From: Rebecca billardiae RCC1528
Lineage: Eukaryota > Protista > Haptophyta
Direction of reading: 5' to 3'
Assembly (NCBI GenBank): GCA_965240325.2
Contig: OZ251222.1
Span: forward strand, 1,922,001-1,986,000
DNA length: 64,000 nt
A program made the translations under genes and the position numbers. Positions 22,403 through 36,357 of the stretch are shown piece after piece. The notes under the pieces were generated by a model. It was not told the DNA's origin. It worked only from the letters and a program-made list of their open reading frames with translations, and did not search any database. Positions within the stretch are counted from its first letter, which is position 1. Each line of letters starts with the position of its first letter.

Positions 22403-25400
22403 CTAGTAGGAACGACGACTCGGACCAGTCGGGGCGATAGCCTCAGGCTGTGACGATGCGGCTGCTGACGTCGATGACGGCAGTGCTGCTCGCCTCGACG
22501 ACGTGGCCTTCACCCACGACGCGACCTTGAGGTTCGCGCCGCGCACGCGCGCGAGGAGGGAGCGAGTGGCGCTCCCCTCGTGCGCGTGCGCTCCCGACGC
22601 CTCGGCCTCCGCCGCGATCCTGAGGAAGACCTCCTCGAGCGAGGCCTGACGCAGGCCCCAGTCGAGGATGCCGAGCTGCGCCGGCCGGCGCTCCATGCGC
22701 TGGAAGATGGTCGCGAGGGACACGTCGCGCCTGTGCACCTTGTACGTGCGCACGCCCGCGAAGACGGACAACAGCTCGGCGGTGGGCAGCGCGGAGGTGA
22801 CAAACGCGTGCACGCGCTCCTCCTGGCTCGGCATCAGCGAGACGTCGATCTGGTACCCCTCGCCGAGCGTGTTCTTGAGGTGCACCGTCGTGCCGAGCGC
22901 TCGCATCTCGCCGTTCGCCATGATGCCGATGCGCGTGCACAGCGCTGAGAGGCGCGCGCGTGGGGTCGGGGTCGGGGTGCGCGCGGTGCGCGCGGAGAGG
23001 CGCGTCGGGCGACTGCCGCGCGGCGGGCACCCGCGCAGGACCGCCCGGCCGGCCGGCCGGCCGGCCGCGGCCGCGCCCCCGCGCGCGCCGCGCGCGCACC
23101 GTCGACCTCGTCCATCGAGTGCGACGTGAGCACAATCGTGCGGCCGGGCTTCGAGTCCTCGATCAGCCGCCACATGAGCCGGCGCGTCTCCGGGTCGAGC
23201 CCCGTGGTCGGCTCGTCCAGGAAGACGACGGGCGGGCGGCCGATCAGCGCGATCGCGAGGGAGACGCGGCGGCGCTGTCCGCCCGAGAGGCGCGAGACCC
23301 TGTGGTCGAGCTTGGGCAGCAGCGAGACCGACTCGGCGACGCGGCGCGTCACCGCCTGCTCCGAGCGGCGCGGCACGCCCTTGAGCCGCGAGTAGAAGAG
23401 AATGTGGTCGCCCACGGTCAGGTCTGGCCACAGAACGTCAAACTGTGGGCAGACACCCATCACACGGTTGATGTCGAGCTGCTTCGAGCGCACGTCGAAG
23501 CCGCCGACGACCGCCGTGCCCGACGTGGGCGGGTACACGCTCGTCAGGATCGCGATCGCGGTCGACTTGCCCGCGCCGTTCGGGCCGAGCAGCCCGAAGC
23601 ACTCGTTGGTCTCGATCTGAGGCGGCACGGCCGCGCGCGCGGCGGGAGGGGCCGCCGGACGGTGCGGCGCGCGCCGGGTGAAGCGGGGGAGGTCTGAGCG
23701 GGCTGGGCGAGGGGCGCCGCGCACGCGCGCGCCGCCGCACGCGCGCGCCGCCGCCGCGCGCGCACCTTGAACGCGAGGTTGGAGATCGCCACGCGCCCGC
23801 CCGCAAACACCTTGCGTAGACTGAACACTTGGATGGGCGCTTCGCGGTGCGCGCCCCTCTCCAGAACGAGCCGCTCGGCGCGCACGTCCGCGTCCTCGGG
23901 CTCGGGGGCGTGCTCGCGCGTGAGCAGCGCGGCGCAGCTCTGCACGGCGGCGTGCGCCGCGCCGCGCGCCTCCTCGCGCCCGCGCCCCGCGCGCGCCTCC
24001 GCCGCGCCCCGCAGCCAGCGGAGGCAGAACAGCGGGTGCGCGGGCACGCCAAACTCGCGCGGCAGCACCGCATCCAGGTAAAACGTGAGTGGCACGATCC
24101 AGCCGATGTGGATGAGCATGATGAAGAAGGGCGCGCGGATCTCGGTGCCCGCGCGGAAGAGGTCGCTCGCGGCCACGCGCCGGAACACCGCGAGCCACAG
24201 GCAGTGGAAGAAAGCAAACGGCGGGTAGAGCAGGTCGTACAAAAGCGACCATTCCGTCGAGCCCGCCGCGTGCAACAGGTAGACTGTTACACCGAACACG
24301 AGCCCGAGGGTGAGGTAGAGGGAGATGAGGAAGGTGGCGATGCGCGTGCGCTGGAAGAAGCACGAGGCGAGGAAGGCGAGCCACACCTTGAGCTGCGACC
24401 ACACCGTGAGCACGAGGAACAGCGCGCCCGCCGAGCGCTGGATCGAGTTGAGGCCGAACGCGGCGCCGATCCCGACGAGTATGTACGACCACGTGTGCGC
24501 GTACGCGGACGCGGCGAGCCACTGGACGACCCAGTACGAGACGGAGTCGAGGCCCATCATCTGCATGAGCACGTACACGCGCTGCTCCTTGTCCGACACC
24601 AGGTTCGTCGCGATCTGCGGCAGCAGCAGCACGCTCGCGAGCGGTAGCAGCGCGGTGGTCGACGCCTCGACCACGTAATAAGACGCGTTATGCACGGCGC
24701 CCGCGCTCAGCTCGGGGAAGGCTCTCGAGCCGACGACGACGCTCGTGCCGTCGCCGAGCGCCTCGGCGAGGATGGCGTTGGTGAACGCGTTGTGCAGCAT
24801 GTGCGGCACCAGCCGCACGAGCGGCTCCGCGCGCTGCAGCTTGAACGGCCTGCCGAGCGCGAAGCGGCGCAGCCAGCGCTCTATGTCGAAGCCGGTCGCA
24901 CCGTCCGACGGCGCCTCGAGCCCCGCGCTGCCCTGCACCGCGCCGAGCGGCTCGGAGGCGTAGAGGTACGAGCCCCAGTCGAGCTCGCGGAAGAAGGAGG
25001 TGAGCGTCCACTCCACCTGCCCCTCCGCCACGTCGAGCGCGTGCACCTCCACGGACCAGCTCGGGAAAAGCTGCTCAGCCAGGTTGAGCCGGGTGGCGTG
25101 CCCGGCGCCAGCCGGCTCCGCGTCCGCGCGCCCGGCGTACGCGTTGGCCTGCACGCGCACCTGCTCGCGGAGCACGTGCTCGTTGAGCTCGCGCTGGTCC
25201 GCCCACCCCGCCGCCGTGTACGCCGGCGTCGCGAAGTACTCGTACTGCACGCACTCCGCCTCCACGCACTCCCAGCTCGCGTCGTCGTCAAACTCGGCCG
25301 CGCGCCACGCCGGCTCGGCCGCGCGCGCGAGCGCGCGCCACGAGGCCGGGTCGCGCCGGATCTGCTCGCACGAGAGCGCGGAGGCGTTGGCGTCGCGCGC

Positions 25401-28400
25401 GCGGATCGCCTCGCAGATCGGCGGCTCGCCCGACGCCGTGCACGCCGTCGGCCGGCCTTCAAAGTCGGCCTCTCGGCCGACGCCCACGCGGATCGTCTGG
25501 GACGGATCTCGCGCAATCTCGGCGCCGCGCACGAGCAGCAGGTCGTCGGCCTCGGCGCGGCTGAGGCCGAGCACGTCGGTGAAGAGCTCCTCCGCCGAGC
25601 CCGGCCGGGCGGGGCACCGCCCGCCCAGCGCCGAGCACACGCTCAGCTCGCGGTCGAAGTAGGGCGGGTTGAAGTTGAGCAGCACCGCGGAGACGGTGTC
25701 GTTGCCCGCGTCCAGACGGAACGGCCGCCACGCGTTGCCCACCGTCACGTCGAAGCAGCACTTGGCCGACGCGCGCGGCACGGAGCACGGCGCGCTCGGC
25801 TCGCCCTTGCTCACGTTGAACGTCGTGCGCGCGAGCGCCGTCGGGAAGTGCGCCAGCAGCCCGTCCATCCGCACGCGCGCGGCGAGCGCGCGCGCGGCGT
25901 CGAGCTGAGAGCCGCTCAGGCCGAGCTCGCGCGCGCGCCGCGCCATGCCCGCCTCGTCCGCGGGGAAGGTGACGCGCTCGCCCCACGCGGGCGCGTCGAG
26001 CGTGGCGAGGTAGGGCCGGCGCCTCGACCCCTCCGCGCGCAGCTCGCCGAGCCCGAGCTCCTCGTCCGCGAACACCGGGATGCGCCACCCCAGCCACACC
26101 TCTTGACCGTCGTCCTGCGGCGCGGCCGCGAGCGCGCGGTCGAGTGCGCCCGGCTCGTGCGCGGAGGGGACCCACTCGATGAAGCCCGAGCCGAGGGTGC
26201 GGAGGACGTGCGCGCGGTACGCGCGGCACGCGGGCGTCTGCGCGATCCGCGCGTCGAGCGCGGCCGAGCGCTCCTCGCCCTCGTCGGTGCACTCGCAGTA
26301 GGGCCTGGGTCGCTCGAGCGCGCTCGCGTTGCAGTCGGCGCGGAAGTCCGGTGGCAGCGCATCCGGCCCGAGTCCGGTGCACTGGTCGCGCACGCACTCG
26401 GCGGACCACGCGTCGCCGAGCACGCAGCACTTGTAGTACCCGGCGTACCGCGGCTGCGCGCACGCGCCGCACGCCGAGTACTCCGACTCCGCGCCGCCGC
26501 GCAGCGAGTGCCCGCGCTCGCACGCGCCGTCAAACGCGTCGACCACGTCCACGCACGCGATCGCGATGTGCCCCTCGAGCTCCTGCTCGCGGCGGTAGAG
26601 GACGACGCTGGGCTCGTCGATGAAGACGACCTGCAGCAGCTGCAGCGTCGCGAGCAGCAGCAGCGGCACGCAGCAGTTGAGCACCATCCGCCACGGCTGC
26701 CGTCGGTACAGCACGACGCTCTTGCGCCACGACGCGCGGAGCGGGTGGCCGTGCACGAGCTCGGAGCCGCCGGCCTCCGTCTCGCGCGCAAAGTCGAGCG
26801 CGACGTGGGCGGGGTCGACGCCGTCGGCGCTCGCTTCGAGGCTGTCGTCCAGCCGGTCGCTCGCCGCGGTGGACCCCTCGCCGTCGTGCGCGCCCGCGCC
26901 GAGCTTGCCCTCGTGCGGCGGCGCGTCGCGGCCGCCGACGGGCGAGGCGCCGCGCGCGCGCTGCCGGTGCGCCAGCCGTATGAACACCTCTTCGAGCGTG
27001 GTGTGCGTGACGAGCCAGTCTTTGAGCTCGACGCCGTCGGGCGTGCGCTCGTTCGCGTCGCTCTTCCGCTTCAGCTCCTCGATGTACCGCAGCAGCGGCG
27101 CCGCGCGCTTCATCTCCGCCTCGGTGACGGCGTACGTGCAGCTGCCGGCCGCGTCGTCGACGAGCTCCGCGGAGGGCAGCATTGAGCGCACGCGCGCCTG
27201 AAGCGCGCCGAGCTGATCGCCCGAGCTCGCGACGAGGCGGATGGTGTAGCCCGAGCCGAAGCGCTGCTTGAGGTGCACCACCGAGCCCAGCGCGATCAGC
27301 TGCCCCTGCGACAGGATCCCGATCGTGTTGCCCAGCGCCTCAGCCTCCTCCATCGCGTGTGTCGACAGCAGCGTCGTGCGCCCGCGCCGCGCCGAAGCCA
27401 TCATGTCCCACACAAACTTGCGGTTGTACGGGTCCATGCCCGTGGTGGGCTCGTCGAGCACGACCATGCGCGGGTCGCCCGTGTACGCGATCGCGACGGA
27501 GAGCCGCCGCTTCATCCCGCCCGAGAAGCCGCGCACCAGCCGCGAGCGCGCGTCGAGCAGCCTCACGGCCTCGAGCGCGGCCGGCGCCGCCTCACCGCTC
27601 TGCGAGCGCGACAAGCCCTTGAGCTGGCCGAAGAGGCAGAGGTGCTGCTCGGCGGTGAGCGAGTCGAGCAGCGCGTCGAACTGCGGGCACAGCCCGATCA
27701 TCTTGCGCACGGCGTACACGTCGTTCACCACCGACGCGCCGTACACGAGCACGTCGCCCGCGCTCGGCTCGAGCCGGCCAGTCAGCATCCCAATGGTTGT
27801 GGACTTGCCCGCGCCGTTGTGCCCGAGCAGCGCAAAGATCTCGCCGTGCTGCATGGAGAAGGAGAGGCCGCGCACGGCGTGCTCGTCGCCGAAGCGCTTG
27901 TGCACGGCGTACACGCCCACCTTCTTCTCCGCCGACAGGTTGCCGCCGAGCACCGCCAGCGCCTCCGCCGCCACGTCCACGTCCAGCTCGTCGAGGTCGC
28001 GCGGGTCGGCGTGCGCGCGCAGGCGCGCGAGGAGCTCGACGTTGCCGCGGCCGCGCTCGGACGGCCGCCAGAAGGAGGGCGAGAGGAAGAAGAGCGGGTG
28101 CATGCGCGCGCCGTGCCTCGAGTCGAACACCTGCGCGGCCCACCACGCGAGCGTGAACCACAGCCACGCCGACAGCGCCAGCCAGCCGTACGCCTCTGCG
28201 GTGGGCGATCGGCTCCACGTTGGGCCGAGCCCGCGCGCCGCCGCGGCCGCCCGATCGGCGACGAGGTTCTCGCCGCCGTACCCGCCGCGCGTGAGGTCGT
28301 CGAGCAGGTACGTGCTGCGCGCGACGTACTGCACGAGGCCCGACGCCTCGTCCACCTCCGCGTTCGGCCGCGTCGCCTCGTTCACGTCGCTGAACGCCTT

Positions 28401-29990
28401 GGCGAAGCCGAACAGCGGGTAGCACACGAACAGCGCCGCGCGCACGCCGAGCGGCGAGCCCGTGAGCGACGGGTCTTCGTACAGCGCCTGGAAGTCCGGC
28501 GAAGTGGCGAGCAGCGCGCCGAGGATGGGGTTGAGGCAGTAGAAGCCGACGGAGAGCGCGCTCGCCTGGCTGCTCCGCTGCAGCCGCGTCGAGAGCGCGC
28601 ACGTCATGCCGGACGCGGCCATGATGTAGAGCCACGTGTTGGCCATGTGCACGAGCGGGTGCGTGTTAAACCAAAACGGGACGCGCAGCGCGTTGCCCGT
28701 CGCGACGGTGAGCAGCGAGACGACGAAGGCGATCACGGCCTGCTGCACGGCGAAGGAGAGCCACCACGCGCCCTCCTGCAGCCCGAGCTGCCGCATGAGC
28801 GACACCAGCCCCACCTCACGCTCGCTCACCAGCTGGCCGAGCAGTAGCATCACCAGAGGCCCGACCGCCAGAAGCGCAAACCCGACGCCCTGGTTGCGGC
28901 GCGCGGGTCGAGGAGGGCGAGGGGTGTGTGAGGGGAGGGCCGCGCGCGGGCTGGCGAGTGGCGCGTGTGCGCGCGTGCGTCCGTGCGCGTGCGTGCGTGC
29001 GTGCCTGCTGCCCGATCAGGTCGGGTGAGGGGAGGGCCGGGCGCGAGCTGGCGCGTCGCGCGTGTGCGCGCGTGCGTGCGTGCGCGCGCGCGTGCGTGCC
29101 TGCTGCCCGATGAGGTCGAAATACGAGTTGAGCGATTCGAGGCGCGGGTAGCGGCGGAAGCGGACGCGCGAGCGCGCGCGGCTCGAGCCCAGGCGCTTCG
29201 CCACGATCGCCTCCTCCACGGCGTGCTGCGCGCCGAGCACGGGCAGCGAGCCCGTCTCGTTGTCCGCGATCATGAGCACGTTCAGGCCCACGCGCCTGTA
29301 GTCCACCTCCGCGGACGCGTTGTGCCAGATCTCGAGTGTGATGTCGTCCGGGAGGCGCTCGCCGCCGAGCAGCTGGAACGTGCCGTTCGCGGCGAGCTCG
29401 CGCTCGACGAACACGACGGCCGTCGCCGCCCGCCCGCTGTTCGCGCCGAGCCAGTCGCCGAGGTCGTCGGCAGTCTGAAAGCCGAGCACGCACTTGCGGT
29501 CGGAGCACGCCTCGGGCATCTCGCGGCCGCGCGCCTCGGCGCCCGAGGCGATCTGCTGGACTCGCCAGCCGTTGCGGCTCGCCACGTCCCGCATCAGCTC
29601 GACGACCTCCTTGTTCGCCGAGGGCGCGTACAGCATCGGCGAGCACCACGCGCCGCGCTGCGGGCCGCCCTTGTGCGGCTCGAACACCTCGCACTGGACG
29701 GAGGCGCCGCCGTACCCGAGCTCGACGATCGGCTCGGGGGTGACGACGATGCCGGGCACCGGGTTCGCCGCGTAGTACGCCGCGCCGACCATCAGCGTCA
29801 CCACCACCGGCACCACGAGCGCGAGCACGAACCAGCGGCCGAGCCGGAAGAGCAAGAGGAAGTTCTTGAGCGTGAGCGCGGCCAGCTGCCGCCAAAACTC
29901 GAGCGCGACGGCGTTCACGGCGGGCGGGGGCGGGTCGAAGCGCCACGCGAGCGCCTCGCGGCGCAAGACGGCGTCGTCATCCCACGGCAT
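22403..29990 (-). CDS. Full-size ABCA-subfamily ABC transporter; exons 29990-29100, 28889-23766, 23616-23100, 22944-22403
   Basis: Two TMD+NBD halves: GHNGAGKST/FSGGMKRRL/LDEPTTG and GPNGAGKST/LSGGQRRRV/LDEPTTG. ABCA hallmarks LVSERE, LVSDKE, HLKQRFGSGY, TTLEEVF. The splice joins restore the frame. Confidence 0.92.
28890..29099 (-). other. GC-AG intron of the ABCA gene containing a ~95-bp tandem duplication of the donor region
   Basis: CAG|GCACGC donor and CCAG|GGC acceptor join DLIGQQ|GVGFALL in phase 0. Confidence 0.7.
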
Positions 29991-30221
29991 GGCGAGCGAT
30001 ACGCAGCGGATGCCCACTGGATGTCGGGCTGCTCCGGCCTAGCTGTAAGGCGGGGCGCGCGCAGCCATCACCGCCTGTGCGAAGTCGGCCGGCCTGCAGC
30101 TGGCCGGAGCAAAAGTCGGAGCGCACGCTGGCCGCCGCGGAAAAAGTGCTGATCAGGACGGTGATCGAAAAGTGGGCCCGCGCGGCTTGAGCCGCGCGCC
30201 GGCCTGCTCCGGCTGGGCAGC

Positions 30222-33200
30222 ATGAGCGCATGCTCGCGCCAGCAGGGGCGGCCGGCCATGTCGGGGCGCGCGAAGGGCGCTGGCGGGACGGCCGCGGGCT
30301 CGACGGTGAGCGACAGCGTGGGCACGCGCGTGTCGAGCCGTGCGCGCGGTGCGGCGGGGGGCACCCCGGCCGACGTCATCGCCTCCATCCTGCACACGCA
30401 GCGGCAGGCGCCGGCGCACGGCGCGTCGATGGAGGAGGTGCTGCCGACCGGCGACTACGTGCTGCGCGTGCGCATCATCGAGGCGGCGAACCTCGCCGCG
30501 CGCGACGCGTCGGGCACCTCGGATCCGTACGTGGTCGTGCACGTGGGCAACGCGCAGCAGCGCACGCACGTCAACCACAAGTGCCTCGCGTGCAGCTGGG
30601 GTACCACGATGACGTTTGAGCTCCCAAACCTCACCGCGACGCGCGCGGCGCTCATGTCGATGCGGTGCGAGGTGCGCGACGCGGACACGCTCTCGTCCGA
30701 CCTGATCGGCTCGTGCGAGCTCGAGCTGCTGTACGTCTGGGCGCACGCCGGGCACGCGCTCTGGCACACGTGGCTCGCGCTCTTCTCGAGCGCGGCCGTG
30801 GACGGCTCGGTCGTCGACCGCACGACAAAGGGGTTCCTGCGGCTGAGCGCGATGCTGATCGGGCCCGGGCGCGCGCCGATCCCGCCCGAGCCGCCGCGCG
30901 AGCGCGAGGCCGCGCGCGGCGTGCTGCTCTCGCCCGCCGTCAAGGTGCAGTTCGGCACCCTCTGCCTGGACGTGCTGAGCGTAACCGGCCTGCAGCCGCT
31001 CGGCCACTCGCGCCGCGGGCCGCTGCGCGCCGTGCTCGTGATGCGCTGGGGCGGGCTCGAGCTGAGCACGCTCGCGGCGCGCGTGGACGACACGACGCAG
31101 CCGAGCGAGGCGTCGTGGGAGTCCAAGCTGCGCATGCCCGTCCTCCTCCCCGCGCTCAACGACCGCGTGGACATCCTGGTCCTCGACGAGGCGACGCGCG
31201 CCGTGCTCGGAACAGTCGCGCTCTCGCTCGGCGCCGCGCGCACGGTCGGGCTCGGCAGCGCGAAGGAGAGCGTGTACCGCCGCGTGCAGCTGTACGGCGC
31301 GGTGAGCGGCTCGAAGCCCGCCGTCGCCGAGGCCATCCTGCGCGGCGAGACCCCCGCGACCGCGTGGCGAGGCAGCCTGCTCCTCCGGCTATACCGCAAG
31401 CGCTCGCAGCGCTCGGGCGCGCGCGAGCGCGACGACGTGAACGCGCTCCGCTCGGCCGCCGGGTACATCTCGACGATGAAGCTGAGCGCGGCGCCGGCGT
31501 GCTCGCCGGCGGGGCCGTTCACGCTGCTCGTCAAGCTCTTCGCCGCGACCGGCGTGCCCGAGGAGCGCATGGCCTCGTCCTTCTCAGTGCGCGTGCAGCT
31601 CGCGCACGCTGAGCGCGCGACCAAGCCGGCCGCGCCGGTCGGCGTGCGCTCCGTCGAGTGGAACGAGCAGCTCGCGCTCACGGCGACGATCCCGACGGAG
31701 CTCGAGCTGCAGCCCGACGTGTTCGTGCACCTGTGCTCCTCCTCGGGCGCGGTGCTCGCGTACGCGCGCATCGGCGCGGCCGAGCTGGGCCAGCTGCCGC
31801 CCGACCCCGGCGTGAACGACGCAACCTTCGTGCGGCCGCGGCCGCAGTGGCTCACGCTGCTGCGCGTGGATGGGTCGGGCGCGGCGCTGGCCGTGCCGGG
31901 GAAGAGCGCGGGCGCGGACTCGATCGAGCTGCTGCTCGAGACGCACTTTGGCCCGCAGCGTCGCGCGCCCGCGTACGACGTGAGCGGCCCGCTGCCCGAC
32001 CGGCCGCCTGTGCTCATGCCCGCCAAGCTGAAGATGCGGCTGTTCGCGGCGAACGGCCTGCCCGCCGCCGACGCGAGCGGCGCGCTCGACTCCTTCGTCA
32101 CCTTCCGCTGCGGCGGCTGCGCGACGAAGGCGCGCTCGGCGGTGCGCGCTCAGACGACGTGCCCCGGATGGTTTGAGGTGCTCGCGCTCGAGCTCCCGCT
32201 GCCGGTAGACCGGCTGCTCTGGCCGAGCGCCACGTTTGAGCTGTGGGCTGCGGACGCGCTCGGCGGCGCGACGCTGGTGGGCGGCGCGACCGTCAAGATG
32301 AGCGAGGTGGCGGCGCGCGTGCAGCCGCGCTCGGTGGACGACACGGCGGCCGAGCCGTCGTGGTACGCGCTGCTCGAGCACCCGACCGCGCGCGTGAGTG
32401 GCTCCGAGCGCGCGCACTCGCGCCTCGAGGACGCGCCGCGCCACGCCGCCGCGCCGCTCGGCGCGCTGCTGGCGGACTTTGTCGTCGAGGAGTCGGCCTC
32501 GGCCGCGTTCTATTTTGCGCAGTCGCAGGAGCGCGACGACGCGCGGCGGCTGCGCTTCGGGGACAAGGCGGTGGGCGCGCGCGGCGGCGGGCTCGGCGCG
32601 GCGCTCGGCGTGCGCTGGCTGGACTCGCCGCGCGAGCGCGAGCCGCTCGAGCCTCCGCGCGTGCCGTGCGTGCTCGAGCTCCTCGTCGTCGGGCTCGGCG
32701 TCTCCGCCTTCTCGGCCTTGCCGCAGCTCGGCGGCGGGCTGCGCCAGCTCGAGCTCGAGCTCGAGCTGCAGCCGCACCACGGCGCCCCACTGCGCGTGTT
32801 CCGACGCGTCGGCGTCGGCGGCGCGGGGGAGCACGCACTGCTCTCGCTGCCGTGCGATCTGCCGGACGACCCGACGCTCTGCCCGTCGCTCACGCTGCGA
32901 CTGCGCGAGATGGTCGCCGGCGGCATGCTCGGCGCGGGCACGGCGTCCACCGTGGTGGCGAGCGGCGCGGCGCCGCTGCGCCCGGCGCTCGCGGAGACGC
33001 TGCGACTCCGCGCGCTCGGCGCTGAGAAGAAGGGCGGCGGCGCGCCCCCAAAAGGCGGCGCGGCCGCGGCCGCCCGAGAGCCCGCCGGCGCGGCGCGGCC
33101 GATCGACGCCGCCCTCCGCACAATGGCGGAGCTCAACCTCGGCCTGGGTGCGGCGCGCGGCGGCGGGCGCGGGCACGGCGCGCTCAGCGGCAGCTTCCGT

Positions 33201-36200
33201 CGTGCCCGCCGCTCGGGCGGCGGCTCGGAGACCGAAGGCGCGGACGAGACCGAGCTCAGCGACGCTGGCAGCGCCGAGCTGGTCGCAGGCGGTGCGGACG
33301 GCGGCGCGCCCCAAGCGGCCACAGCCGTTGGGGCCAAGCCCTCCGACGGGCCGGCGCACGGGCAGTATCCGCACGGCGGCGGCGGCGCGGCGGCGGCGCG
33401 CACGCCGCGTGGCGCGCGCGCGCCGAGCGACGACGATGCGCAGGGCTCGGCGCGCGAGCACGGCCGCGCAGCCGGCGGCGCCGGCTCCGACGTGTCGGGC
33501 GGCGCCGCAGGCATCGGGCTCGGCAATCGGGCGCGCGCACGCGCTCGCTCCGAGCCGCCGCTCGGCGTGCGCGGCCGCGTGAGCTCTCTGCTCGCGCGTC
33601 GGCGCCGTCCCGCCGGCGGTGCGGACGCGCCGCCGCCCGCGACCATCACCACTCCCGCGCGGCGCGACGGCACGGCGCCGCGCCGCGCGGGCAGCGCCGG
33701 CGTGCTCGTGAACGTGGGCGAGGGCGGCGAGGGCGGCAAACGGCCTCTCTCGGTGTCGTGGGCGCGCGGCGGCGCGGCTGCCTCGCTCTCGCCGCCCTCG
33801 GCGCGGCGCTCGTCGGTCTCGCAGCGCTCGGGCAGCTCGGCGCGCGGCGCGCGCTTCTGGGAGGGGGAGGCGCCAGAGCCTCGCGTGGCTTCCAGTTGGG
33901 CGCGGCGGCAGAAGAGCTCGCTCGAGCCGGTGTCGAAAGGGCGGCGGCGCAGTCGGCCAGCGGCCGCGCTCGCGCAGCTGCGGTGGGCGACGCTCGTCTC
34001 GGCCTCGTCCGCCGCGTCCAGGCGGCGGCGGCACTCGGCGGAGGGCGGCGGCGTGGACGGGCACGCGCGCCCAAGGCAGCGCCAGGCGCACGCGACGGAC
34101 GCCGACTTTCAGTCCATCGGCGAGCTGCCGCTGGGCGCGCCGGCCGGCGGCGGCGGCGGCGGCGCCGATTATGCCGGCATGGGCTCGGGCCGGCCGCGGC
34201 GCGCGAGCGGCCCGGCGCGGCTCAGGCGGGGTCGCGGCGGCGGCTCCTCGGGCCGCGCTCTGAGCACTGACGGCCTCGCGGCCGTTGTCGGCGGCGCCGC
34301 CCTCACGGCCGACGGCTCGGGCTCGTCCGCGGACGACGACGACGCGGCGATCACCGAGAGCGCGGAGACGGAGGCGGGCGCATACGGGCCTCCAGGCGAG
34401 GAGCACGCACCCGCCATGCGCCGCGCCGACCGCCAGCGCTTCAGCGTCGAGCTGGAGGAGGCGACGCTGCCGGCAGGCGGAGGTCGGCTCGTGCGACCAC
34501 CCTACTCATCGCGCGCGCTCGTGCGTGCGGCCAAGGGCGGCGGCGGCGCCACGCGCCACGTGGCCACGCTCAAGTACACGCTGGCCGTGAGGCTTCGAGA
34601 GCCGGCGGGCGTGGCGGGCGTGGACGCGCGGCCGGCCGCCGATGGGCCAGGCGGCGTGGGCGCGGGCGCAGCCGCAGCCGGTGGCGGCGCGGGCGGCGCT
34701 GCCGCCGCGGGGCCGTCCAAGCAAGTCGCCGAGCCTGCCGGCGACGGCTTCACCGCCGTCGTGCCGCTCCCGGCCGTCGGCTCGTCCGCGGCCGCGCACG
34801 CCGGCGGCGCCCCGGCGGACGCGCTCGGCTCTGCGCCGCCCAGCCTGCGCGCGCCCGTGCTGATCCGCGTGTACGTGCTCAGCGGGCATCAGCTCGTGCC
34901 CGCGCGCCGGCAGCCCGGCGCGCGCTCGGTGGGGGGCGCGCTGCAGCCGTCCGCGCCGACCGGGCTCACGTCTCACCTCGTCGTGCGGCACGGGCGCAGC
35001 CTCGAGCGGCGGCGCGGCCGCGGCGTCAGCGGCACGTTTGAGCCCCTCTTCTCGCAGGCCTTTGAGTTCGCAGCATGGCTGCCGGGCGACGGGCGCGTGC
35101 GCATCAGCGTGGTCGAGCAAGGGCCGATGCAAATCTGGGATGAGGAGATTGGCTCGACCGAGATCGACGTGGAGGACCGCTGGTTCTCGGCCGAGTGGCG
35201 CAGGCTCAAGCTCAAGCCTGTGGAGCGCAGGGTGTGTGTGACGCCGCGCGCGCGCCGCGCCGCCCCTCTTCCGCCCCGTCCGCGCCGCGCCGCCGCAGCG
35301 CGCGCTGACGCACCGCGCTCTCGTGCGCGCGCGCCGCGCACAGCCTCTCTTCAGAGAGACCGCCGCCGCGCCGCAGGGCGCGCTCGAGCTCTGGGTTGAT
35401 GTGCTCACGCCCGACGAGGCGCGCCGCCTGCCCTTCCGCGACATCCCGCTGCCCAAGCCGGAGGAGTTCGAGCTGCGGCTGCTGCTCTTCGAGACGCGCT
35501 TCCTGCGCAAGAACAACGTCGTGCGCGCGACCGACGCCTACTTCCGCGTCGCCCTGCGAGGGCACGATGGGAACGAGCAGGTGCAGGAGTCGGACGTGCA
35601 CTGGGCCGTGCTCGACGGGAACGCGCGGTTCAACTGGCGCTTCGTGTACAAGATCAAGCTGCCCCTCTCCACGCGCCGCTCGCTCGACGGCGTGTACCTC
35701 GACATCCAGTGCTGGGACCACGCGCTGATGGGCGAGGGCGAGCTGATCGCGGGCGCACAGCTCTCTGTCTCCAAGCTGTGCCGCGACGCGTGGCTCGGCC
35801 GCGAGTGGTGCAAGGACAAGGAGACGGGGATCAACCACGAGAGCCGCGGCCGGGCGTCGCGCGGCGCGCGCTTCTGGCTCGAGCTCTCGCACGGCGGCGG
35901 CGCGGCGGAGGTGGACGCGTCGAACGCGGGCGAGGTGGCCCTCAGCCTCGTCGCGCTGCCGGCCGAGGTCGCCGCCAAGCTGCCGGCCGGCTTCGGCCGC
36001 GACCCGCCCAACCGCAACCCCGTGCTCGCCGAGCCGCAGCGCAGTCGCTCGCGCGCGATGACGGAGCGCTTCTCGTCGATCGTGCGCGAGGAGGTGCGCG
36101 GCGCGATGAAGGAGGGCGCGCAGAACGTGCTCGAGGCCGAGATCGCTCGGCAGCGCCGCCAGTTCACGCCGGCGCGCCTGCGCATCATGATCGTGCTCGG

Positions 36201-36357
36201 CGTGCTGGCAGGCACGTGCGTGCTCGGCATCATCGTGCTGCAGGTGGTGGCGAACATCCTCATCACCGTCATCGCGTGGGAAGAAGATGCGTCCAGCGCG
36301 TCGGGCGGTGGCGACACTAGATACACCTCGACGAATGTCAGCATGGGCCGCCGCTGA
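30222..36357 (+). CDS. Ferlin-like multi-C2-domain tail-anchored protein; exons 30222-35231, 35344-36357
   Basis: C2 motifs (LRVRIIEAANL..GTSDPYV; AANGLPAADASGALDSFV), EEIGSTEIDVEDRWFS, spliced KPVERR|PLF..QGALELWVD, QESDVHW..GNARFNWRF, AGFGRDPPN.NP.L..P.R, and a C-terminal TM helix. Confidence 0.88.
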
